Origin: Antedon mediterranea
Taxonomy: Eukaryota > Animalia > Echinodermata
Length of the DNA stretch: 64,000 nucleotides
Direction of reading: 5' to 3'
Assembly: GCF_964355755.1 (NCBI RefSeq)
Contig: NC_092673.1
Coordinates: 5,952,001 to 6,016,000 of the forward strand
Shown here one piece after another: positions 1 through 13,200 of the stretch. Each line of letters begins with the position of its first letter. The stretch's first letter is position 1. Both the position numbers and the translations under genes were made by a program. The notes below the pieces were generated by a model. The model had not been told where the DNA came from and did no database searches. It saw only the letters and a list, made by a program, of their open reading frames with translations.

Positions 1-689
1 TTAATATTATAAGTTAATTAATATTAAAAGTTAATTATATTCAAGTTTATTATTATATTAAAGTTAATTGTGATATTTTTGTACTTAAGTAGAAAAAAGA
101 CAATATTTATAAAATGTGTATGAAATAAAATTAAACATCAAATTGAGCACACAAACTTGTTGTAACTAAATGCAATTGAAATCTTAACCATTTAAACATG
201 AGTAATAAATACATCTACAACTTTCCCAAAATCAGAAACCTTTGACAAAACAAGACTGGCCCAAAATGTTTTGGTTTTTCACAAATCTGAATCCAATTTT
301 TTTTTTAAAGTACAGAAATAATTTAAAACTTCTGGTTTCTACCTTTTGGAAGTCCAACATTGGGAGAATTGAGAATGATATCAATCGTTTTTATGATAAT
401 TATGTTATAAAACAACTTCTAATATAAATGTATAATATACATATTTGTATGTGTACAGATATTTGTTAGTAAAAATACATAAACTCTGGTATTGCCAAAA
501 TGCATTTGTTAAATTATAACATTAAAAATGTTTTCCTTAATAAAAAATAATATATATTTTACACAAAACTATTGATAATACGTATAATAATCATAACGTA
601 TAAAACAACATATATTTCAGATGAATAAAACACAACTTTTTTATAAAATGATGTTAATATATAACACAAGAAAATGGTTGATAAATTAA

Positions 690-1131
690 AGGTCAACTCT
701 GGGTGGTAATTGTTTTTTTTATATACAAATGATAATGTATTATATATGATCAGCGACCAGAATAAAGAAATTGTAAAAATTTTCTCCTAATGCTTAAAGA
801 TGTATTGTCCCCTAAAAACATGAAAAATGAAGATTAATAAAATCAGATTTTAAATAGGCCATTTTGCAGTTTTAATAAAGTTATTCACAAAAAAACAACA
901 AAAATATTTATTTCACTTAAAAGAAGACAAAATAAACAGTTAATTTTAACCAAAAACTCATTGTCTGACAGACAATTCTAGTATTTTTTTGAGGAAAATT
1001 TAATTTTTTTGATCCAGTTTTTGATTGCAGTGAATAAATATTGTGTGACATTAAAATGGCATATTCAACAAAAGATTTAAACAAATTATTTTTTCAGGGT
1101 GACAATATATCTTTAAACCCAGAGTTGATCT
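690..1131. mobile_element. TIR MITE (AGGTCAACTCTGGGT ... ACCCAGAGTTGATCT) hosting a nested MITE
   Basis: 15-bp near-perfect inverted termini; TTAA precedes the left end and the right-hand TTAA is not intact. Confidence 0.55.
798..1112. mobile_element. TTAA-flanked MITE with AGATGTATTGTCCC termini (Kolobok-like), copy 1
   Basis: TTAA|AGATGTATTGTCCC ... GTGACAATATATCT|TTAA. The same termini occur at 6690 and 22241. Confidence 0.7.
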
Positions 1132-1229
1132 TCAGGAAAATGATGTTATTATGTTTGTTAGAAATAATTTGAATGACATAATAACAATGAAAACAAAAAA
1201 TAAATGTATAAAATGATGATTTGACGTGA

Positions 1230-4200
1230 TCATAATGTTGTGCGTTGTTTTGAAATAATATATGATGTTGACTCATCAATAGGTGTTTGTTGTTCCTCTT
1301 CGTGATTCAAGAGAGACGCAATCGCTGCTAAGTTTTGCTGATGTATCAGGTTACCTGATGTCTGTGAAGAAAATGAAATATACAATTTCAAAAATCTGTA
1401 AAATAGTGAAGACTACAGTGTGCATGGACTAGAAAATTCCAGATTTACATAAATGATGCATAACCATCATTGTAATAACCTTGGTTTATAGGCATTACGA
1501 TAATTAACAAGGCATGCTTGTGGTAGTTTGTGTTAGAGAAGACACGTTTCTATGAGCACATCTTGCCTATAGCTCATTAACGCAGCTAACGTTTCTAATG
1601 CGGTGAAATCTTTTGTATAGCGGTGGGATACTTTGGAGATGCTCCCTTGTTTTGGTTGTATTCACTCAAAGAAACAGACAAAATGTAATTGTACTGGTAT
1701 GTAATCTGTTTAGATATTTTAGCAAACCATATTACAAAATGATGCTTGCTAAAGAAGACTCGGAATTTAGAAGCAGAAACAGTCAATTCAATTTTCTTGC
1801 AAGAAATGTGTATGTAAAGTATGTAATAGTGGAAATATTGATTTCATTTGATTTTGAATAAGCCGTTTATACTCAAATGAGATGGATACCTTCCACACCA
1901 TATCACAAACTTGTTCTACATAATTTCATTATTTAAATCCACAGACAAAAACACAATAGTACCACTCTTAAGATATGTTGTATCTACAATTGTATATAAT
2001 GTCAATTGTATCTATTCTAATGTTCATGGTAATTAACACTTGTATTGTGGGGCTAGCGGCCTGTATATACCTTATAATATCTTTCACTGGAAAGAAAAAA
2101 GGTAAGGAGTGAATTTCTTGCATCTTTTCTTCAGTGTTTCCATACATGTTCATCACAAATGTAATTTAAACTATACTTACTTCTGTAAACAGTAGATCTA
2201 AGTCATCTGGTGATGTAGGTTTTGTACCATCCACTCCATTCAACCCTGTTTAAAAAGGCAATTCTTTTTGTTAATATGTTATTTTAAAATATGTTTTAAA
2301 ATATTACTGAACTAATCATTTGCAGATTTTTACTTGTAAAAATTGAAAGCAGATTAGCTAGCGGAATGTTTATAATGTGTCCAAGAACATTCTTGCATTT
2401 TCAGTAATAACAGAGACTTGGTTCACAACAGAAGTGGAGCTGTAGTCATTCACATGCTTGCCATCTAATCCCCAAGTTCTAAGGAGCAATCCTGACCTAG
2501 TGTCAGAGGGGAACTCTTTTAACTCAACTCCCTATGCTTCGCCTTGTTTATAAGCACATTAAATCATAGTCTATTCATATTGTAATTGGCAAAAGCCAGA
2601 AAAATAGAGGTTTTAAGTTTTGGAAATGAAAACTTGTGTAACTAGAAAGCCACTCCGAGAGTGCATACCTCCGCCTACTGTAAAATTCTCCTACATCAGA
2701 TTTCTCCGGTAAAAAAATATATATATATATTTGTGTGTGTCTTGTGATTTACGCTAATTTCACTACAAGCAGGTGTATGCGAGTTTGGTGTAATGGTTAT
2801 GTAACAAGCCTTTCAATTAACAATAGCTTCAGTTGACTAACAATAGAACAGCAACGCGAAAATCAAACGAGTGAATTTGAAAAGAAATAGGTTTTGTAAA
2901 CTACTCGCATCAAAAAACGTGCACATTAAATCAAATTATATTTTAAAATTACAAATCACAAATTATAACTCTTGCCTCTTGTACAAAAATTAAGTTTTTT
3001 GGACAATTAGTTCTCGAGAAAATTCAATTTGTTACTTTTAGACTGCTCGCCAGCTTTTGAAAAATTCTGTCCTATCTTTTTAACACTAGCAGGCCTGAAA
3101 AGTATACTAAAAAGTGGTCCAGAATTGGGACCGTGGTCCAAAATGGTCCCAAAATTTAATGGAATGGGCCCTTGACCACATATCTATCTGTACATTCATT
3201 TTGGTAAAGACCTTGTAATTACTTTTTGAGTAATCCTGCTAACAAACAAACAAACAGACAAACAGACAGACAAACAAACACACGCGATCGATTACATATA
3301 CCTCCTTGGCGGAGGTAAATAACAAACTGCAGTAAACAAATTATGTATCATACCATTAGGAACAGTTGGTGTTATCCCCCTAGGCTTCTGAGGATTATAT
3401 AGATTTGGAGAAGCTGACTGAACTCTAGTAGGTTGAGGGGCTCTTTTTTGTTGCTGCCTCTGATTACCGCCATTAGATGTTGGTGTACTAGTAACCACAA
3501 CTGGATTGTTATCGCCAGGATACGAGTCTACAAATTGAACTTCTGATTTACCCTGAGGCCTGTTAAAAAAAACAATATAAAAAAGAAAAGTTTTAGATTC
3601 CCAGGTAATGAAACCGAGAAATACAGTAATGTATAAAGCAAGTCTACGAAAGTGACAAAAATGTTTTAAAAGTGCAAACTTAGATTCTTCAGCTTAATTT
3701 GGTAGTGTTACACTATCAACTTTCTGATTAATTGTGGACACAACTAATATCGATCAAAGCATAGAGATAATATCTCTATGATCAAAGTGATACACCTTGT
3801 CTTTACATTAGGTTAACCATAGAGATATTATCTCTATGGGTTAACCCTCATCTGATCATTGATTGACTTATTTACTTTTATTTGAATACAATATTAACAA
3901 CTACAAAATTTACTTACGTAGCACTTCCACTAGAACTGGATAACTGAGATGTCATGGCAACCTGGTCACTGACTGAACTTGCGCCATCTGCTGTTGTTTG
4001 TTCATTGGCTAATACTAAAAATACATCAAAAGACCGATTTAAGAGGCAAGACCTAGTTTTGAGTTTAGGGTCATTCAGGAAATTATCTCACACGCTCATG
4101 TGGTTCAAGGGTCTGAACAAACCAACTTTGTAGTCTTTTCAAACTAGAGACTAGCAGCAGATGTGATGGTAAATACGCCTAACAACATGATAATTCTTGC

Positions 4201-7200
4201 ATCTTTTGTGGAAAATTTAACCCCTCGGTAAAAATCCTGGCTATGGGCTTGCACACACAAAGCCAACAAATTTGCTTCCATAGACTGAGCCTCCAAAGAA
4301 CATTAATATATAAGGAAACATGATGAAGGAAATTTTTATTTTCAAGATTGACACTCTGAAAACATTTTAAAGACATGGTGTTACTAAAATGTTTTCATTT
4401 GATGTTACAAGATTAAATGGCATAACATATATAATCATTGACAAAGACTTACAAAATTTGCGTAATGCTGACTTTCTCTTGAAGTTGTTGTCTTCCAAAG
4501 ATTTGCACCAGACAAGAAGTACAACAGCAGCCATTGCAAAAGCTATTCCAGCCAACACTACACAACATATGAAGATGATCAAACTTGTCCTGTAATGTAA
4601 TATATTTTGACAAAGTTAATTTAGTGACCACATGGGATCGTTCAGAGAAGAAAAGAATGAATGAAATTCAGGTCCACTATATTTCACATAGCACTAGCTT
4701 TAAATGCATTAAGATGAGTAAAGCTCTGTATACACAAAACAAAATTCATATCATTTACCTCATTAAAATGTATGGGTGGTTACTATTTTTTAAATTAAAC
4801 TTGTAATACTGTCTGGAAAATATTATGATTTTGTTGTGCAATTTCTGAGCATCTTGTTTCACCTTAGTCAGCAGCTATGACATGTGTGATATTAATAGTA
4901 TGGTCAGTTTAAATGCTAACTTACTTATTGGCAAAGTTAAGTGGGGATGACTCATTTGTATTTTCTGTTGGTTCTGTTGTAACTGAAGTAATACCTGTAG
5001 CAGGTGTACGGCCAAAATCTGGATCATCTGGCGGTTCACTTGTAACTGCTATTTCACCTGGAAAGAGACAAACTTAACATCAGTTTATGCAGTACATAAT
5101 TAATGCACAAAACAAAATCTATGCCAACAGGGTCATATTTGAGTTTACCATGGCTTTGTTGTCTTACCACCATAATTTAAAGGTCTTTCAATTTTTTTAA
5201 GATCAATCTTTCTTTTTTAAATTCCCTGTTTATGAAACCATGCTTTAAAGATCTACTAGGCATATTTGTTATCCTTTCCTAAATTCAGAAAACTATGCAT
5301 TGTGTCTTATAATGATTTGCATATCCACCTGGCCCAGATTTTATGTAAATTGTTTTCTCATAAAATGTCATCAATTATTACATATAAATACCTGTTGTAA
5401 AGTCATTGACAACAGCCTCGTCAGCTAGGCCTGCCGATGTTCTTGCCTTAATTGATACCCTATATGTGCTGTTAGGCAGCAAACCATTCAAAGTATACAC
5501 AAGGCTACTGGTAACAACAACACCAGATGTAGCATTTGCCCATATAATCTGCTGATTCATAGATCCTGCAAATAAATAAAGCAATGAACAAATTTCCACA
5601 TAGATTTATAAAACTTTGGTGAATTCAAACACAATACATAAGTTAATGTGACATTTTAATGCATAGCTGCAGTGAGTCTGTGGTGTGTTACCGTTTCAGT
5701 GTTACCATTGTATTGTGTTACCGTTGTAGAGTGTTTTGTAGAGTGTTACCGTTGTAGTGTGGTACCATTGTAGTGTAGTACTGTTGTAGTGTGGTACTAT
5801 TGTAGTGTTACCATTGTAGAGTGTTTTGTAGAGTGTTATCGTTGTAGTGTGGTACCATTGTAGTGTGGTACTGTTATAGTGTGGTACTATTGTAGTGTTA
5901 CCATTGTAGTGTGGTACTGTTGTAGTGTGGTACTGTTGTAGTGTGGTACCGTTGTAGTGTGTTACCATTGTAGTGTGGTACCATTGTAGTGTGGTACCAT
6001 TTCAGTGTGTTATCATTGTGGTGTGTTACCGTTGTAGAGTGTTTTGTAGAGTGTTACCGTTGTAGTGTGGTACTGTTGTAGTGTTACCATTGTAGTGTGG
6101 TACCGTTGTAGTGTGGTACTGTTGTAGTGTGATACCATTGTAGTGTGGTACTGTTGTAGTGTTACCATTGTAGTGTGGTATCATTGTAGTGTGGTACCGT
6201 TGTAGTGTGGTACCGTTGTAGTGTGGTACTGTTGTAGTGTGGTACCATTGTAGTGTGGTACCATTGTAGTTTGGTACCATTGTAGTGTGGTGCCGTTTCA
6301 GTGTGGTTCCATTGTAGTGTGGTACCATTGTATTGTGGTACCATTGTAGTGTGGTACCATTGTAGTGTGGTACCGTTTCAGTGTGCTACCCTTCTAGTGT
6401 GAGATACACGCCTTACCTTGTGCATTTGCTGTTGTCAGTTTTATAAGATTATATTCTAGTGTATAGTCCAAAATCACTCCATTATTCTGCTCTGGTGACC
6501 ACCATCTAATGACAAGAGACGTTGAGCCTGGTGTAGCTGCTACATTTCTAACAGGTCCAGGAACTGAAATTAATATAAATGTATTAATCAGTACCTGCAT
6601 TTCTAAACTGAATTAGTACAATTATTATTAAAGTGGTAAACTTGTAACAGGTCCACAAACTAAAATTTAAATTGTAATAAACATATTAAAGATGTATTAT
6701 TTTCCATTTTAATATCACCTAATGGTTATCCATTTTGACCAAAAATTGGATCGAAAAAAATGCATTTGCCTAAAGCAAAAATAGTCAAATTGCCTGCCAG
6801 CAAATGTGTTTTTAGTTGAATTTAAACATTTATTTTGTCATTTTATAAGTGAAAACATAAATTTGTTTTTTTTCTACAAAAGTGATTAACTTTTTTAAAA
6901 CTACAAAATAATCTATTCAAAGTCTGATTTTATTAATCTTTATTTTGTGGGACAATACATCTTTAATAAATAGTAATATTTCCAGGAACTGAAACATTGT
7001 CAACATTTTGTCTAGAGGTCAAAGGATTAAATTATACTTTTTCTACCTTCCACAACTTATAATTTTAAATAATAGTAGTAGTTCAATATTATAGCCTATA
7101 TTTCCATCATTAGCTGGTTATTCAATTACTTAATTTAATTGTAGATAGAAACTCTGTTGTTGTTCATTTGTTGGTTAAAGTTATGAAATCAATTGTGTTT

Positions 7201-10200
7201 TATGTGACAATAGTCATAAGGCTTACTTCCATCCATTGTGGTGGCTGTTACAGGTGATGATCTTGGTCCCTCTGATATCATAGATCCAATTTGATTGAAG
7301 CCAGACACTTGCAAATTGTAACTACTACCTGGTTGTAGTCCTGATAGAGAAATTATTATCTTCTTATTTGTTTATTTATGATACATAGTGTAAAGCTGTC
7401 TAAACTATCAAACTAATTTGACAAAAAAAGTATGATGTGCACAAATATGGTAGTGATATGACATAATCTTGTCCATATATGGGCACATAAAGTTTTTGTC
7501 ACATAAAGTTTGATAGTGTAGAAAAATTGACCATATGTTTCTATTGTCTATTGGCAGGATAAACTGTGCAGTTAGTTATCTGTGCTAACAATCAACTAGT
7601 AAATAGGGGCTAACTGCATGGTTACTGCGCTGATAGGAATCTATGATTTGAACGCAAGGTCGACCATGCCGATAAAATTTCTGTACAAGTTTGAGTGCGT
7701 ATGCGCATACAAGAAAACCTCCACATACCGTTGTGAATAGGCAACAAGATTTGCCTGATTCGGTTTTGGTTTGTGTAGGTACTCATGTGACAAAGACAAT
7801 TGTGTTGCGTAACATCGAAACAACAAATTCGAGACATGGAAGGCATCCGACAGCATTCGTAGTTGACCGACTTCCGCGTCCCACCAACCCGCGTTGCTAT
7901 TTCAACAACTCTTTAATTTTTGTACATACCTGAAATGGTAGTTTGTGTTGCAAGTACAGTAACATTGTAAAATGTTTGGTCAACCAAATGTTGATAGTGT
8001 AGAATGTAACCGGACAGCTGACCATTGGCTGAAGCAGCAGAAATACCCTATTAACAAAAATACATTTGTTAAAAAATATTCAACAGTAATTAAATGGCAA
8101 TTACAGCATTTGTTTGACAAAAAAATACCACAGTGGTACGACCGATGTTAAGAAGAGAAGTCATGGTATTGTGACAGACAAATGACCAGAACCTTGACAC
8201 ATAATAATGTATTACACTGCTTAATAAGTTAAGCTCTGTCTACACTATGAACTAGTTTGACAAAAAAGTGTGATTGCCAAAATATGGTAATGATATGACC
8301 AACTATGGTAGTGATCATTATGCCCATGGGCACATCACATTTTCCTGTCACATGAAGTTTGATAGTGTATACAAAGCGTAATACTCACATTCCAAGAGAC
8401 TTGCAAAGCTGTTTGACTTAGAGCAGTTGCAGCTAAACCTGTTGGTACAACAGATGGTGCTGTAAAGCAATAAACAAACTTTTATTAAATTTTTCCCAAA
8501 TTGTAATTTCTTTAATTTACATAGATGTGAATAGCAACAGGAAATAGGCATTAAATTAATGTAGAAACGATAACTGCTATAAGTATTTTAGCTGTACTTT
8601 TAACTGGATTTGTACTTTTTATGTCCTCTTTTAACTATTTTATATAACATCTTGTTCTCAGTTTTATGTGATTTTATACTTTTTATTACTGTTTGTGCGA
8701 CAATGTTTTTAGACAATTAATATGTGTACTTTCAGCCAAAGTTTCAAGCCATTCATGAGTTTGACAATAAAGTTTATTGAATTGAATTTAATTGAATTGA
8801 ATCTACAGATGACTTGAAATAAGTATATTACAATACAGTATAACTCTTTTTTTTAGAAACCTTAATTCAGGAGATACCCACATTGTGGGGACAATTTCCA
8901 ATAAAACAAAGAACCTCTACCTAAGGCCTGGAATACTATAGCCAACCCCTATTATCACCAAAGGTTCTCTCTTGATCTATAATAATAAATACTTTATTTT
9001 AACACGGAAAAGCTTGTGTCACCATAAAGGTGTTCTTCTGTGTATTTTATCATTTATGTTCCACCTATCTTACCTCCAGGCAGTGTTTGTGTTGTCATTG
9101 ACGAGCTGTACGGCCCAAATCCGGATTCACTAAAAGCCTGTAATCTGACCGTGTAAAATGTAAATGACTGTAGGTCTGTCAGTGTTACTTCTGTTGTCGT
9201 TGCTGATACACTGCGAAATCTGGTGGCTCCACCACTTGTGTATTCAATTTTGTAGCCTTGCAACGGCTCAGATAAGTAAATGCTTGGGATATTCTGTTGA
9301 CACAAAATATGTATTATGATTAATATTAAATTCTCTTAAAACTAATAAATGTAATATTACCATTAACATGAATATATATATATGAACATAACTGATGCCA
9401 TAACATTGGTTGAAATAAAATGTGTGCAGTATGAATATGTGCCAAACAGAATCAACAGAAAAAATGTTACGCTGAAACGTACCAGTCAGGCACCCTCCTC
9501 CCCACTCTTCTAAATTTCAGCAAATACAATACGATAGATTGTACAATTTTTAGAGCATCCCCCCCCCCCCCCCGCAAATTTTAAAATCCTAGGATCTGCA
9601 TCTGTTTTAATTGTAGTAATATATGCTCATCCCACAGCATAAGACCTTCCACAGCAGCCTACCTTTTAAAGTATTATAATCCAAAAACAGTTGAATTAGC
9701 AAATCAATTTGTATGAAGGAGCCCTTCTCACATCCAAGAGGCATGGCTGCTTGTGTAGGCCTCGAGGCTAATGCATGTTACAGTCACTAGTGATCTGGAT
9801 GTGAGTGACTGTCAGTAGGCCTAGCACACACAGGTCTAAGGTTTAGAGGAACTTGTTGCCTAAATGTATATTTTGTTTTCACTATCCTTATACAAACAAT
9901 CAGTCATGTCGTATAGTAACTAATAAGACTAATACAGTGCACATTTCTATGATATAAATCATAATCAGCGGCGCTTAATCTGCTGTCATAAAATTGGTTG
10001 AAGTAAAATGAAATTTGTGCCAAACAGAATCAAGGAGCCTCTCTCACATCCAAGAGGTATGACTGAACACAATGTAATAAAATATTGCAGGACTGGGCTG
10101 CACGTTTAATAACTGAAATTAAAAAAATATCCACTTGATTTCAATAAACATATGTAGCATTAATTGTGACTATATTCTTGTCCTACTTACTGTCCATGTA

Positions 10201-13200
10201 ACCTTGATTGTAGAAGATGTACTCACAAGCCTGATGTTAGGTGGTGCTATACCAGGAGCTGACAAAACAAAAAACATAAAAAGCATATTATAAATAAGTG
10301 CATGTATTAATAAAACCATTACAATAGAATGGAAAACAGTCTAAAAATATTGGAAATGAATTAAATTACCCTATATAAGGAATTATATGTTAGATAATAT
10401 AAATAAATGAGATTATTTGGTCATGCCATTTGTCCAGTGGAAGGAAAACGATGATGAGGACGTCCAGCAACATCATGGGCAAATGACATAAAAGAATGCA
10501 TTGGACAAGGATTGGCAGCAGCATCATTATCAGCTCGGGACAGTAAATGTTGGCTTGAAAAATGTGATGACCACCACAGCACGATTCGTGCCACTGGACT
10601 AAGAGATATATTCTTCAGTCGCAAAACAAACACCAACAAATTGTTTTTTTTAGTGTCAATCTAAATTTAATGAATTAAATTACTTCAGATCTAAATTGCA
10701 AGCTCATCTATGGTATGCTGTTACAGAGTCACTCCTACGATTTATAAGCATTAAAAGTGTCTTCAGATAAGCTTTTTAAAGACACTGGATTAGGGTTGCA
10801 TTAAGTCACATCCTTTAAACACCCATGTCTTATCTTGAAAGATTTTATTTACAATAAAAATAAGACCTTTAAAATAAGATTTAGAAATGGAATATTTTTA
10901 CTAGTTTTTTGTGAATAAACAGAGCTTTTTAGAGTTTTTGAAATGGAATAGTGAAATGTAAAATATCATAGCAGAAACTATATCATCAAACTATCCATTT
11001 TGCTCTAAATTATTTACAGTAATTTTCTTTTGGCTTTAATGTGCCTAGAGATACTGAAATATATGTTGAAGGGAGTAATTTATCCATTTGTAAAAATTGT
11101 AATTGTAAATGTGCTATAACTACGTCGCTTTCACACTGGGCCTAGACAACCCCCCCCCCCCCCCTTCTGTTACAAAAGTAAAGATCAAAACAGCTATTTA
11201 TAAAATCGATCTCCACAATTGAGAACTAAGTCAGTATGTTGAAAGTGTAAAAAGTGGCTAGCAAAACGGACTGAACATACTATGAAGTGATTTAACTGTA
11301 GAGTCTTTGCATATCAAGCAAAAAACTTTGAGTTTTAAGTTGATTGGGGCTAGTTTGTTGCTCTGGCGACTCTCTAAAACTTCTGAAAATACTTACGAGC
11401 TGGGTTAGTAGTGAATGGGGCTTGTGTGGAGTAGTCACCCCACTGTTCTAGGCCTCCTGTCACTGTGGATGCTCGTACTCTAAATGAGTAGCTTGTACCA
11501 CCCTGTAGGCCTGTAATGATTTCTTGAACAGTTGGATTCACCCCACCTGGAACTTGAACCACTCGTTGATCTAATTATAAGTAAATAAATAAAACTCATT
11601 TATTTAAATTATAATTTGAAACTTTAACTTTTAATATATTTATCTTAAAATTTTATATGTTTGTTTTCATAATGTCTGGGGTGGGAGACAAAAATGGTAA
11701 CCAAAGGTGGTGACATAAGGTATAGTGAATAAAGTAAATTATAAAACCCAGTTGGTAGTCTACAAGTGCCGCTTACTTGGATAAACCAACAGATTTTTTC
11801 CCTCCTAGAGTAAAACATAACGGCAAAGGTATGCATGGACGGAGTCGCCCACATGAAGGCATGACTCGTGATCGATACTACTGTCTCGAAGAAGTGTTCG
11901 TATGTATGTGTTGGTTTATCCAGATAAGCTAGGCACAACAGAACAATCACATTGAAGGAAAATTATCCACAGGATATAAAGAGATAGGGAGAAAATTAAC
12001 TTTTTAAATGATGACATTGAAGGAATTTACCTGTTGGTGTGGTAGTTGTGTAATATTTAATCTCATACTTGTATATAGAAGCATATCTTATAGCAGGAAT
12101 TTCCCAGGTCAATGTGACAGACGTTGAGTTACCATTCAAAACTTGTAAATTCCTAGGTGCTGACGGGCCTACAAAAACAAAAGAAAGAATCGCAAAAAAA
12201 AGTTAATGAATATAACATTTCTATTTGTAATGTATACTATCCAATACGAATAGTCACAATAGAACAAGGTAAATATGTCAGGGCTTGTTCTCCCTACAAG
12301 TGCCTTTGTAATGTTTACTATCCAATACCAATAGTCACAATAAAACAAGGTAAATATGTCAGGGCTTGTTCTCCCTACAAGTGCCTCTGTAATGTTTACT
12401 ATCCAATACCAATAGTCACAATAGAACAAGGTAAATATGTCAGGGCTTGTTCTCCCTACAAGTGCCTTTGTAATGTTTACTATCCAATACGAATAGTCAC
12501 AATAAAACAAGGTAAATATGTCAGGGCTTGTTCTCCCTACAAGTGCCTTTGTAATGTTTACTATCCAATACCAATAGTCACAATAGAACAAGGTAAATAT
12601 GTCAGGGCTTGTTCTCCCTACAAGTGCCTTTGTAATGTTTACTATCCAATACCAATAGTCACAATAGAACAAGGTAAATATGTCAGGGCTTGTTCTCCCT
12701 ACAAGTGCCTTTGTAATGTTTACTATCCAATACCAATAGTCACAATAGAACAAGGTAAATATGTCAGGGCTTGTTCTCCCTACAAGTGCCTCTGTAATGT
12801 TTACTATCCAATACCAATAGTCACAATAGAACAAGGTAAATATGTCAGGGCTTGTTCTCCCTACAAGTGCCTTTGTAATGTTTACTATCCAATACCAATA
12901 GTCACAATAGAACAAGGTAAATATGTCAGGGCTTGTTCTCCCTACAAGTGCCTTTGTAATGTTTACTATCCAATACCAATAGTCACAATAGAACAAGGTA
13001 AATATGTCAGGGCTTGTTCTCCCTACAAGTGCCTTTGTAATGTTTACTATCCAATACCAATAGTCACAATAGAACAAGGTAAATATGTCAGGGCTTGTTC
13101 TCCCTACAAGTGCCTTTGTAATGTTTACTATCCAATACCAATAGTCACAATAAAACAAGGTAAATATGTCAGGGCTTGTTCTCCCTACAAGTGCCTTTGT

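Noticed and set aside
5702-6344. VPHYNGTTLQ-repeat ORFs as a mucin-like exon
   Set aside because: They are translations of a 16-bp minisatellite, the frames shift, and the flanking exons already join in phase.
9410-10065. Short duplicated blocks (tgtgccaaacagaatcaa; aaggagcc..tctcacatccaagagg) and an L2-tail-like snippet near 9960
   Set aside because: Too fragmentary to define boundaries; probably old repeat debris.
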